Positions 9,406 to 17,759 of a DNA stretch of 64,000 bases are shown here, piece after piece. Source of the DNA: an uncultured Candidatus Saccharibacteria bacterium (GTDB lineage: Bacteria; Patescibacteriota; Andersenbacteria; UBA10190); NCBI GenBank assembly GCA_964359735.1, contig CAYHTZ010000005.1:3882-67881 (forward strand), given 5' to 3'. The notes beneath the pieces were generated by a model. It was given only the letters and a program-made list of their open reading frames with translations. It did not search any database and was not told the DNA's origin. Both the position numbers and the translations under genes were made by a program. How positions within the stretch are numbered: the stretch's first letter is position 1; every line of letters begins with the position of its first letter.

Positions 9406-10599
9406 ATGCTTGCTCCCCGCGTCCGTTCGCTCACTTTGAGTATTATCAGCCCCATCCTTTTCTTGGGCGTTCTGCAAGCGGGGGGGTGCCTCCGGCGCAG
9501 CGTCCCGCCGCCTCCACCAGGTGGCACGTACGTGTCTCGGAGTGCGGGCGCCTCGTTCGAGCAAAAAGTTTTACTCGAAGGAGAAAAAGTTGAAGAAGGA
9601 GCTAATCTTGCCCGCTTCACCTTGCTGGGGGCTCACCAACCCAAACATAAGCCTGGGACAATTTACATTGCGGCGGCGGAACAAGGGCTAATTGTATCCC
9701 AAAATGATGGCGATACCTGGCAGCAAATTGCAACCCCTCTCACCTCTACGGTGGATGTAGCCTTGCTCGATAACGGTGTGCTGGTGGCAACCGGCACAGG
9801 CCCGGAAGGGCAGGGCTTTATTATTCGCAGCCTGGATGATGGGCTCTCGTGGCAAACGGTGCTGACGGTACCCATTCCCACTGAAGAAGGTCCCTTCCGC
9901 ATCATTGGCGGTCGCGAAATTATTGGCTCAGTGGTACTCACTATCGAAAGCGATCCTTTTAACGGCAACCGTCTCTACGCTGGCAGCAACCTGGGGGGAG
10001 TACTGGTAGGGGAACAATCCGCCAAAGTTTGGCGCGCTATCCACACGCTCACCCCGGGCCGCTTTGATCCTTCCCAGGAGGTTGGCCAAACCAGCGTGGA
10101 GAAGCTCGTGCCGTCTCCTCATGTGCCGAATGAGTTGCTTATTGTCACCGCTGAACAGAAGCTCTGGCGGGTAACTGAAGGCCGGCAAACTGAAATTCCT
10201 ATTCCCGTGGAGCAAAGTCCTGAGGAAAAGAAGTTCTTTGTATCTCGCGGTAACTATGAAGTTTTTGATGTTGGCTTTGCGCTGGGCGACCCGCAACTGC
10301 TCTTGGCTGGGGTAGGGAGCGCCGTGCTCCTCTCCCGAGACGCCGGCAGTACCTGGGTAGAGCTCCCGCTTCCCATAGAAGCAGTAGTGCAGTTCAACAG
10401 CATTCGCGTCACAGTCAGCCCGACCAACCCGAGCCGTTTTTTAGTGGCTATTAACAATGTTATCTACCGCTCTGAAGATGGCGGTGCCACCTGGAATACC
10501 TTTTCTTTGGGCCTGCCGGCACACAAAATCACTGATCTTCTCATTAACCCCACCAATGCCTCAAAGGTTCTCGCTATCACACAGCCTATTGAAGCGTAA
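9406..10599 (+). CDS. secreted BNR/Asp-box repeat protein (Ycf48/sialidase-like beta-propeller)
   Basis: Signal peptide. At least four S-x-D-x-G-x-T-W motifs (SQNDGDTW, SLDDGLSW, SRDAGSTW, SEDGGATW). Confidence 0.6.
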   Translation: MLAPRVRSLTLSIISPILFLGVLQAGGCLRRSVPPPPPGGTYVSRSAGASFEQKVLLEGEKVEEGANLARFTLLGAHQPKHKPGTIYIAAAEQGLIVSQNDGDTWQQIATPLTSTVDVALLDNGVLVATGTGPEGQGFIIRSLDDGLSWQTVLTVPIPTEEGPFRIIGGREIIGSVVLTIESDPFNGNRLYAGSNLGGVLVGEQSAKVWRAIHTLTPGRFDPSQEVGQTSVEKLVPSPHVPNELLIVTAEQKLWRVTEGRQTEIPIPVEQSPEEKKFFVSRGNYEVFDVGFALGDPQLLLAGVGSAVLLSRDAGSTWVELPLPIEAVVQFNSIRVTVSPTNPSRFLVAINNVIYRSEDGGATWNTFSLGLPAHKITDLLINPTNASKVLAITQPIEA

Positions 10600-10603
10600 G
10601 CCT

Positions 10604-10631
10604 TGACGGCGCTCATTCTCACGATATAGTT
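10604..10631 (+). promoter_or_regulatory. sigma70-like promoter for the hrcA-grpE-dnaK-dnaJ operon
   Basis: TTGACG - 16 nt - TATAGT located immediately 5' of the CIRCE operator. Confidence 0.4.
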
Positions 10632-10632
10632 C

Positions 10633-10664
10633 TTACTAGCACTCTCGTCTGAAGAGTGCTAGTA
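10633..10664 (+). promoter_or_regulatory. CIRCE operator (HrcA binding site)
   Basis: ttaCTAGCACTC-tcgtctgaa-GAGTGCTAGta is a 9-bp inverted repeat with 9-nt spacer, near-identical to the CIRCE consensus TTAGCACTC-N9-GAGTGCTAA, 8 nt upstream of the hrcA ATG. Confidence 0.75.
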
Positions 10665-10671
10665 TTTTCCT

Positions 10672-11331
10672 ATGATCAACGAGCGGTGCTCTAACCTACT
10701 TTGTGGCTTAGTAAAGGAATATATTCGCACAGCCGAGCCACTCTCGAGTGTGTATCTAAAACGAATACTGGAGTTATCAGTTTCGCCAGCCACCGTGCGC
10801 GCCTGGCTGAACGATTTGGAGGATGAGGGGTATATTGAACAACCGCATACTTCTGCAGGGCGCGTGCCTACCGACAGTGGTTATCGTCATTACGTAGATC
10901 GAGTACGTCCCGGAGGAAATCGCCGCACGGAAATTGAGGAAAACCCTCAAACCTTGGTGCGCTACCTTTCCCGAGCTGCGCACGCCCTCGCCGTCGCGGC
11001 GCTGCCGAGCGGGCGAGTAGAGCAGTACGGCTTACTGGAACTCATGCTCCAACCTGAAGGAAGCAACCGCTACGCTATCCAAGAGATTTCTTCGATACTT
11101 GACCATATCCACCACTATGTGGAAGAGGTCGCCGAACAAGGCTCGGCCCATACATCCGTGTTCATTGGCAGCGAAAACCCCTTCATGACAGCTGTCCACA
11201 CCAGCATGTTGGTGAAGAGCGTCGCCGATCGCGAGGGGCGCCACTCGGTGGTTATGTTAATTGGGCCTAAGCGTATGTCGTACTCGCAAAATATTTCTTT
11301 ACTGGAACGTGTCGGCGCTATTCTCGGCTAA
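10672..11331 (+). CDS. hrcA: heat-inducible transcription repressor HrcA (short form)
   Basis: N-terminal wHTH with PHTSAGRVPTDSGYRHYVD matches the HrcA signature. At 219 aa it is shorter than the usual ~340 aa. Confidence 0.8.
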   Translation: MINERCSNLLCGLVKEYIRTAEPLSSVYLKRILELSVSPATVRAWLNDLEDEGYIEQPHTSAGRVPTDSGYRHYVDRVRPGGNRRTEIEENPQTLVRYLSRAAHALAVAALPSGRVEQYGLLELMLQPEGSNRYAIQEISSILDHIHHYVEEVAEQGSAHTSVFIGSENPFMTAVHTSMLVKSVADREGRHSVVMLIGPKRMSYSQNISLLERVGAILG

Positions 11332-11334
11332 AGT

Positions 11335-11796
11335 ATGGTCTACTCCTCACAAGTTCATGGGGTAGCGAGCCCCAAAGAGATAGAATATCTCGAGGGCTGG
11401 CAGCGAGAGCGGGCCGAGTTCCAAAACTATCGCAAACGGGTGGAGAACGAGCAAAGGCAGGACCGCGTGCGCGCCAAGGCTGAAGCGGTGCAGCTACTTC
11501 TTAGTCTGGCCGACAATTTCCAGGCGGTGGTGAAGCACGTACCTTCTGAACTCACTGAGCATAGCTGGACCAAAGGGGTCATGCACGTAGCCCGCCAGCT
11601 GGATCAGCTCTTAGCCGAGCAAGGAGTGGCTGCTATCGCCGAAACAGGCGTTCCCTTTAATCCAGCCGTTCATGAGGCGATTGAAAAGGTAAAAGATGAG
11701 AAAGCCAAATCAGGTTTTGTGCTTGAAATTGTGCAGACAGGCTATAAATTAGGGGACAACGTTTTAAAACCCGCTCGGGTAAAAGTTTCCGCTTAA
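11335..11796 (+). CDS. grpE: nucleotide exchange factor GrpE
   Basis: Position between hrcA and dnaK; coiled-coil N-terminus and a GrpE-like C-terminal beta-domain (GYKLGDNVLKPARVKV). Confidence 0.8.
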   Translation: MVYSSQVHGVASPKEIEYLEGWQRERAEFQNYRKRVENEQRQDRVRAKAEAVQLLLSLADNFQAVVKHVPSELTEHSWTKGVMHVARQLDQLLAEQGVAAIAETGVPFNPAVHEAIEKVKDEKAKSGFVLEIVQTGYKLGDNVLKPARVKVSA

Positions 11797-11838
11797 TTCC
11801 ATATTCCATATTCCATATTCTAAATTCTAACTTCTAAA
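11797..11838 (+). repeat. tandem heptanucleotide repeat (TTCCATA)x3(TTCTAAM)x3 filling the grpE-dnaK intergenic gap
   Basis: ttccata ttccata ttccata ttctaaa ttctaac ttctaaa read directly between the grpE stop (11794-11796) and the dnaK ATG (11841). Confidence 0.7.
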
Positions 11839-11840
11839 TT

Positions 11841-13727
11841 ATGAGCAACATTATTCTCGGTATTGACTTAGGAACTACTAACTCCGCCATGGCGCATGTC
11901 GAAGGCGGTAAGCCAGTTATTTTAGAAAACAGCGAGGGAGCCCGCACTACTCCGTCCGTGGTGGCAGTGAGCAAATCTGGCGAGCGCCTCGTGGGGATTC
12001 TGGCCAAGCGCCAGGCTGTGGTAAACCACGAGAACACTATTTTCTCCGCTAAGCGCTTAATTGGCCGACGCTTCAGCGACGCCGAGGTTCAAAAAGACAA
12101 AGGGTGGCTGCCCTATGCTATTCAAGAGGGCAAGGATGGCGGCGTGGAAATAAAATTGGGCGACAAATGGTTGCAGCCGGCTGAAGTTTCCGCGGCCGTT
12201 TTGCAAAAGCTGAAGGCTGATGCTGAGGCTAAATTGGGTCAAACCATTAGCGATGCGGTGATTACCGTACCTGCTTATTTCGACGATAGCCAGCGCAAAG
12301 CTACGAAGGACGCTGGTACCATTGCCGGCTTTAACGTCCGCCGCATCCTGAACGAGCCCACCGCCGCCGCTTTAGCCTACGGCCTTGACAAGAAAAAGGA
12401 GGAAAAAATCGTGGTCTTTGATTTAGGTGGAGGCACCTTTGATGTCTCAATTCTGGAAGTAGCCGCCGATACGATTGAAGTACGCGGCACCCATGGTGAC
12501 ACTCATTTAGGCGGAGATGATTTTGACCAACGCATCATTAACTGGATTGTGACAGAATATAAAGCCCAAGAAGGAATTGATCTTTCGAAAGACCCCATGG
12601 CCTTACAGCGCCTCAAAGAAGCGGCGGAAAAGGCGAAGCATGAGCTCTCCAGCACTCCGACTTCCGAAATCAACCAGCCATTTATTACGACGGACAGCAG
12701 CGGTCCAAAGCACCTCGTGATGACACTAACGCGCGCCAAGCTCGAGGAATTAGTAAGTGATTACATTGACAAGGCTATTTCTCTCACCAAAGAAGCGCTG
12801 GCGGAGGCTAAAATTTCAGCTAGTGAAGTCGATGAGGTTGTTCTGGTAGGCGGGCAAACCCGCATGCCACGGGTGGTGGAAGAAGTTCAAAAACTCTTCA
12901 ACAAAGAACCACACCGGGGCATTAATCCTGACGAAGTTGTAGCTGCCGGCGCCGCCGTGCAAGGTGGCATCCTAGCTGGGGAGGTGAAAGACGTCTTACT
13001 CCTTGATGTAACTCCCCTGACACTTGGTCTTGAAACCCTGGGTGGGGTACGTACATCATTAATTGAAAAAAATACCACCGTACCTACCAAGAAATCCCAA
13101 GTTTTCTCCACCGCGAGCGACAGTCAGCCACAAGTGGAAATTCACGTTCTCCAAGGCGAACGGGAAATGGCGGCTGATAATAAATCACTCGGACGATTTG
13201 TATTGGATGGTATTCCACCTGCGCCACGCGGCGTGCCGCAAATTGAAGTCACGTTTGATATTGATGCTAACGGCATTCTCAATGTCACCGCAAAGGACAA
13301 GGCAACAAACAAACAGCAAAGTATCCGTATTGAGGGCTCATCCGGTATCTCAGCCGATGAGATCGAACGCATGAAAAAGGAAGCAGAGGCCCATGCTGTC
13401 GAGGATAAGGCCAAGAAAGAACTTATTGAGACCAAGAACCAGGCCGAGCAACTAGTATACCTCGCCGAAAAAACTCTCAAAGAAGCCGGCGATAAAGTAA
13501 AAACCGACGTAAAGAAAGATATCGAAAAGAAAGTTGAGTCGGTGAAGAAAGCTCGCGAGGGAAGCGACACCGCGGCGCTGAAAAATGCTACCGAGAACCT
13601 CTCGAAAGCTTTACAAACCGTGGGCCAACAAATGTATCAGCAACAACCGGCAGGTGCCGCTGGTGCTAGCCCAGGAACAAGTTCAGGACCGAACGTCGTC
13701 GACGGCAAAGCCGAAGAGAAGAAGTGA
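11841..13727 (+). CDS. dnaK: molecular chaperone DnaK (Hsp70)
   Basis: [24 protein letters not shown] and the full Hsp70 architecture; 628 aa. Confidence 0.95.
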   Translation: MSNIILGIDLGTTNSAMAHVEGGKPVILENSEGARTTPSVVAVSKSGERLVGILAKRQAVVNHENTIFSAKRLIGRRFSDAEVQKDKGWLPYAIQEGKDGGVEIKLGDKWLQPAEVSAAVLQKLKADAEAKLGQTISDAVITVPAYFDDSQRKATKDAGTIAGFNVRRILNEPTAAALAYGLDKKKEEKIVVFDLGGGTFDVSILEVAADTIEVRGTHGDTHLGGDDFDQRIINWIVTEYKAQEGIDLSKDPMALQRLKEAAEKAKHELSSTPTSEINQPFITTDSSGPKHLVMTLTRAKLEELVSDYIDKAISLTKEALAEAKISASEVDEVVLVGGQTRMPRVVEEVQKLFNKEPHRGINPDEVVAAGAAVQGGILAGEVKDVLLLDVTPLTLGLETLGGVRTSLIEKNTTVPTKKSQVFSTASDSQPQVEIHVLQGEREMAADNKSLGRFVLDGIPPAPRGVPQIEVTFDIDANGILNVTAKDKATNKQQSIRIEGSSGISADEIERMKKEAEAHAVEDKAKKELIETKNQAEQLVYLAEKTLKEAGDKVKTDVKKDIEKKVESVKKAREGSDTAALKNATENLSKALQTVGQQMYQQQPAGAAGASPGTSSGPNVVDGKAEEKK

Positions 13728-13740
13728 TACACTGGAGAGC

Positions 13741-14532
13741 ATGACGCCACAGCGGGCGAAGGAAATTGGGATTGTTGTCTCAGTGCTGCTGATCAGCCTG
13801 CTCCTGTTTGCCTTAGTTAGTTTATTTATCGCCCAGGATCGATTTGGATCCACTCCTGTGGTAGCAGTGACTATTGTGTTGGCCGTACTTTGGGTAGGCG
13901 CCGTAGCGGTCGCCTTGGCCGTTCTCCAGCACCCGGGGAGCAGCTCCAGTCTCATCGCGGGCATCGCCGCCATGCTCGCGGTGGCAGGCTTGCTGCAACT
14001 GCCCGCCATCGTGGCGGCTCTCTTGCTGGCTCTCTTCTTAACAGTCGGCCGCCGTACTATGTACCATGAAATCAACAATCGTGTCTTGTACCGCACGCAC
14101 GAGGTATTTAGTCGGGGGCTCCGCTCCATTCTCTTCGGCGTGGGTATTGCGGCGCTTGGCTTGGCTTGGCCGCTGGTGGAGGAGAAGCTTACCGGCACGA
14201 ATGTGCTTCTGCCCACTGAGACAGTCGGAGCCGTAGTCAACCGCGTAGTTCCAGCTTTGCCCCCTCACCTCAAAGCGTTTCTCGACGTCGGCCAGCTCAC
14301 CGGCTTTGTTACCTTGGCTGTCAACCAGATGATTCAGTCGTTAATTTCCTCGTACCGTCTGGCATTCCTCTTGATCGTGCTGCTTATCGCCATCTCTGCC
14401 TACCGGGCGGTACTTCCCCTGATTACCTGGGGCATACTGCCTGTCATTGCCGGTCTTATCTACCTTGCGCGCAAAGCCAATCTCATATATCTTAGTCGTT
14501 CGCAAGCTACTATTGAGCGGCTTCATCTCTAA
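13741..14532 (+). CDS. hypothetical polytopic membrane protein
   Basis: The ORF track starts it at 13585 inside dnaK. The first ATG after the dnaK stop (MTPQRAKEIG) gives a ~263 aa protein with 6 or more TM helices between dnaK and dnaJ. Confidence 0.45.
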   Translation: MTPQRAKEIGIVVSVLLISLLLFALVSLFIAQDRFGSTPVVAVTIVLAVLWVGAVAVALAVLQHPGSSSSLIAGIAAMLAVAGLLQLPAIVAALLLALFLTVGRRTMYHEINNRVLYRTHEVFSRGLRSILFGVGIAALGLAWPLVEEKLTGTNVLLPTETVGAVVNRVVPALPPHLKAFLDVGQLTGFVTLAVNQMIQSLISSYRLAFLLIVLLIAISAYRAVLPLITWGILPVIAGLIYLARKANLIYLSRSQATIERLHL

Positions 14533-14537
14533 CCTCT

Positions 14538-15650
14538 ATGGCTGACGATTATTACGAAGTACTGGGAGTTTCCCGTACGGCCACTCAAGATGAAATCAAA
14601 CGCGCCTTTCGTAAGAAGGCACACGAGTTTCATCCCGATAAGGTCGGCGGGAATGAAGAAATGTTTAAGCGCGTGAATGAGGCGTATCAGGTTTTAAGCG
14701 ATGAAAGCAAGCGCAGCCAGTACGACCGCTTTGGCCGCACGGCCCCCGGCGCGGGTGGCGACCCCTTTGCCGGCTTTCGCGGCTTCAATGGTTTCAACGT
14801 GAATGTCGAAGACTTAGGCGACTTTGGTGATATCTTCTCGAATTTCTTTGGTGGAGCCGCGCCTCGCCCATCCCCGGCTAGGCGAAGACAGGGAAGCGAT
14901 ATCCAAGTTGATGTGACCGTCAGCTTCATCGAATCGGCCGAGGGGACGCAGCGGGAGCTTAGCCACCGTCTCTACCAGGTTTGTCCGCGTTGCCAAGGCA
15001 ACGGAGCCGAACCGGAGACCCCTATTGATACCTGTCCCACGTGCCAAGGAAGCGGTACCGTGGGGACCTCGAGACAAACTCCTTTTGGCATTTTTTCGCA
15101 ACAAACCGTCTGTCCTACCTGCCAAGGACAAGGAAAAACTCCTCGCACTCCCTGTTCCCAGTGCCGTGGGGAAGGGCGCGTCAGGAAGAGCCGCACCCTG
15201 GAGGTAAGTATTCCCGCCGGTATTGATGACGGTCAGGTTATCCGCCTAGCCGGCAAAGGCGAGGTCCCTGCCGGCGGAGGCAGCCCCGGCGACTTGTTTG
15301 TGGTGGTGCACCTTGAGCCTGACCCTGAACTCACACGGGACGGCAGGCATGTACGCTCCGCCGTAACCATTCCCTTTGCGGATGCCGCTTTAGGCACCGT
15401 GGTTTCAATGCGAACTCTAAAAGGAGAAGAAGAGCTGCGTATCCCGCCCGGCACTCAACCCGGCAGCGAATTTCGCCTGAAGGGTTTAGGATTTCCACTA
15501 CTCGGAGGGGGCTCGCCGGCCGAAGCCGCCCCGTACGCTGGGGATCACGTAGTGACCGTGAATGTAGAAGTACCAAAGCGTCTCTCTCGTGAGCAACGCA
15601 AACTTCTCGAAGAATTCAAGAACACGAAGAAAAAATCGGGCTGGTTTTAA
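14538..15650 (+). CDS. dnaJ: molecular chaperone DnaJ
   Basis: J-domain with HPD (EFHPDK); G/F-rich linker; four CxxCxGxG zinc-finger repeats; C-terminal substrate domain. Confidence 0.9.
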   Translation: MADDYYEVLGVSRTATQDEIKRAFRKKAHEFHPDKVGGNEEMFKRVNEAYQVLSDESKRSQYDRFGRTAPGAGGDPFAGFRGFNGFNVNVEDLGDFGDIFSNFFGGAAPRPSPARRRQGSDIQVDVTVSFIESAEGTQRELSHRLYQVCPRCQGNGAEPETPIDTCPTCQGSGTVGTSRQTPFGIFSQQTVCPTCQGQGKTPRTPCSQCRGEGRVRKSRTLEVSIPAGIDDGQVIRLAGKGEVPAGGGSPGDLFVVVHLEPDPELTRDGRHVRSAVTIPFADAALGTVVSMRTLKGEEELRIPPGTQPGSEFRLKGLGFPLLGGGSPAEAAPYAGDHVVTVNVEVPKRLSREQRKLLEEFKNTKKKSGWF

Positions 15651-15662
15651 GACCCGTAGCTC

Positions 15663-16367
15663 CTATTTGCCCGTATAATTATCCTGAAGCGTAGCGATTT
15701 CCCACTTCCCGTGATCGGTGACCGTACCCGTAATTCTTACTTTTTGGTCGCCCACGAGCACTTCATCTGCGTTACGCTCCACACCACCGCTGGTAAACTT
15801 GGTATTGCCGCCATAATTCATAATCACGTCCTTACCGTTATAGGTTCCTGGGCGGTACGTACTAGTGGTTACAGAGACCTTGTATTCCCTTAATCCTCGA
15901 TCTACATCTTTGAGCTTACCCACTACAGTGAAGGATCGGTCGTGAATGCGCAGCCATTTCACTACGTACGCTGTTTCCGTGGCCACACCTTTAATGGCTA
16001 CCTCAAGCCCAACGGAAATATTTTTGATAGTCACTCGCTTATCTTTACCAGCTGTATTCTTGTAGAATTTCGTAGCCGCTTCCGTTTTGAACGTCTGGAC
16101 TGATCCCCGGAGATCGTCTACGCCAGCCCCGGTAATGTGCGTGACGCTAATGTTGAAGGATTTATCGTCATTAACCCGGGTTACAATACCCCGCGCTACA
16201 AAGTTATACCGCGTGTCCGCCGCTGAGCTGAATCCGGCGTAGAGGGCCACCGCGGCGATGATGATAACGCCGGCAATGGCTACCCACGCATGGTGGTGCT
16301 CCACCGGCTCATGCCATCCTTCACGCTTTTTCGTTTTCTTGGCCATACTAGTTGCCTGTGTATCCAT
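15663..16367 (-). CDS. membrane-anchored secreted protein of unknown function (paralog 1 of tandem pair)
   Basis: N-terminal TM. ~30% identity to the upstream neighbour across the whole length (e.g. VSVTTSTYRPGTYNGK vs ILVTSSTYKPTTYKKG; C-terminal WEIATLQDNYTGK vs WEVASLIDGYTGN). Confidence 0.5.
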   Translation of the reverse strand: MDTQATSMAKKTKKREGWHEPVEHHHAWVAIAGVIIIAAVALYAGFSSAADTRYNFVARGIVTRVNDDKSFNISVTHITGAGVDDLRGSVQTFKTEAATKFYKNTAGKDKRVTIKNISVGLEVAIKGVATETAYVVKWLRIHDRSFTVVGKLKDVDRGLREYKVSVTTSTYRPGTYNGKDVIMNYGGNTKFTSGGVERNADEVLVGDQKVRITGTVTDHGKWEIATLQDNYTGK

Positions 16368-17010
16368 CGATCAAGCTGGCGACCTCCCAGGTATTGCTGC
16401 TGGTAAAGGTGCCGGTCACTTGCACTTTCTGGTTATTGGCCTTGACCACGCTAAAGCTCACGGGTGTCTTGGTGGATTTACTGTAGAACGTGGAATTGCT
16501 CTCAAAGTACTTCATCACGATCAAGGTTCCCTTCTTGTAGGTAGTAGGTTTGTACGTGGAAGACGTGACGAGGATCGTCAGTTCCCGGTTTGTCTCATCG
16601 TGCTTTTGCAGCAAGCCCACCACCTTAAACCCGCGGTCGTGGATGCGCACAAAGGAAAGTTCATAGGTATCGTTATCCTTAGCAGTTCCCTTAATACCAA
16701 GTTCTTGGCCGATTTGAATGTTCTTATAGGTAGCGGCTTTATCCAAGCCGTTAAAAACCTTTACCACCTTAGCGGTACCGGCCTTGAATTCAACGTTCCG
16801 CCCTTCAATATCGTCTTTCGCCTTCGTGGGAACCGCCTTGGTGACGTCAGCTTTAAAGGATTTATTGGCTTGATCAACTCCCGTGACGATCACCCGCGCC
16901 GTAAATGTGTATTTGGCCCCGGCAGCTCTCGATCCAGTTCCCCAAACTGCCACCGCAAAAACAGCTGCTACTGTGAGCGCCCCTAACCCCCAAACAGCCT
17001 CTTTTTTCAT
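16348..17010 (-). CDS. secreted protein of unknown function (paralog 2 of tandem pair)
   Basis: Signal peptide MKKEAVWGLGALTVAAVFAVAVWG; collinear similarity to 15663-16367; 20-nt overlap between the two genes. Confidence 0.5.
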   Translation of the reverse strand: MKKEAVWGLGALTVAAVFAVAVWGTGSRAAGAKYTFTARVIVTGVDQANKSFKADVTKAVPTKAKDDIEGRNVEFKAGTAKVVKVFNGLDKAATYKNIQIGQELGIKGTAKDNDTYELSFVRIHDRGFKVVGLLQKHDETNRELTILVTSSTYKPTTYKKGTLIVMKYFESNSTFYSKSTKTPVSFSVVKANNQKVQVTGTFTSSNTWEVASLIDGYTGN

Positions 17011-17172
17011 GTTGGTTTAATGAAGGATTATTAGGCCTATTATAGCACAGAATTTAAAGGAAGCCCAGCCTTCGCCAAGGCTACGGCGGGCACAGGCCGT
17101 AAGTAGTGCCTGCAGGCCATAGCTTTAGCGACGGCCTGTGGAAAAGTGGTTACACTGAGCGAAGTCAAAGTG

Positions 17173-17245
17173 TGCGTCCGGAGGGAATCGAACCCCCGAC
17201 CGTTGGCTTAAAAGGCCACTGCTCTACCAATTGAGCTACGGACGC
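17173..17245 (-). tRNA. tRNA-Lys (anticodon TTT)
   Basis: Reverse complement GCGTCCGTAGCTCAATTGGTAGAGCAGTGGCCTTTTAAGCCAACGGTCGGGGGTTCGATTCCCTCCGGACGCA. 7-bp acceptor stem, GTTCGATTCC T-arm, anticodon loop CTTTTAA. Confidence 0.85.
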
Positions 17246-17340
17246 GCAGTACCTAGAGTGTAAACGAGACTTGACAAAAATTCAAATCCGGTTATAGTTC
17301 TTAGTTCTTTCATGAACCCCTGTTTAGTGGTGAGGAGGGG

Positions 17341-17370
17341 CCCCCGCCCCGCCAGCTGGCGGGGCGGGGG
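17341..17370. repeat. perfect 30-bp GC-rich palindrome (13-bp stems around AGCT)
   Basis: cccccgccccgcc-agct-ggcggggcggggg is its own reverse complement. It sits in a 500-bp intergenic region between tRNA-Lys and aspS. Confidence 0.7.
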
Positions 17371-17499
17371 AATGGCGGTTTGCAACAAAGCTGGGGCAGT
17401 TTCGGCTTCCCCCGTCTTGAGCCAACTTGCTCGTCACGTAGTCCTACTGCGTACATGACATTACTCTTCATCACTGACAGGGCTTGATTTTTTCCGCCA

Positions 17500-17745
17500 G
17501 TTGTCTATAGTATCCAGTTCTGCTCGAATAGGGCAGATGTACCTTCTCTCTATTAGCCCCGTCTGAAGGAGCGGGGCGCATCCTGGGCATACGACCTCTC
17601 CCGCAACGCGGGAGAACCCAGGAGAGTGATGGTTTACCCTGAGCTTGTCGAAGGGTGAAAAATCCTCACTCTTCTGGGTTTTTTCGAGCGTAGCGAGAAC
17701 CCGCCGACCTGGCGGGTTGTTTATTGCTCCAAGATTAACTCTCAA
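17500..17745 (+). promoter_or_regulatory. putative structured 5' leader / attenuator upstream of aspS (identity unresolved)
   Basis: Nested stems (cctgggcatacgacctctcccgcaacgcgggagaacccagg), then a terminator-like hairpin aacccgcc-gacc-tggcgggtt followed by gtttattg about 30 nt before the aspS ATG. Confidence 0.25.
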
Positions 17746-17759
17746 GTACGCTACAACTC

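Noticed and set aside
13585-14532. ORF-track version of the post-dnaK membrane protein starting 140 nt inside dnaK
   Set aside because: The 5' part overlaps the dnaK C-terminus in another frame. Trimmed to the first ATG after the dnaK stop (13741).
17560-17700. RNase P RNA (because of 'AGGGTGAAA')
   Set aside because: Only that short string matches. P4 and other universally conserved RNase P segments are absent, and 300 nt is too short.
17500-17745. T-box riboswitch upstream of aspS
   Set aside because: A GAC triplet and terminator-like hairpin are present, but the T-box consensus (AAUUAGGGUGGUACCGCG) and a UGGN tRNA-acceptor pairing site are not convincingly found. Reported only as an unresolved structured leader.
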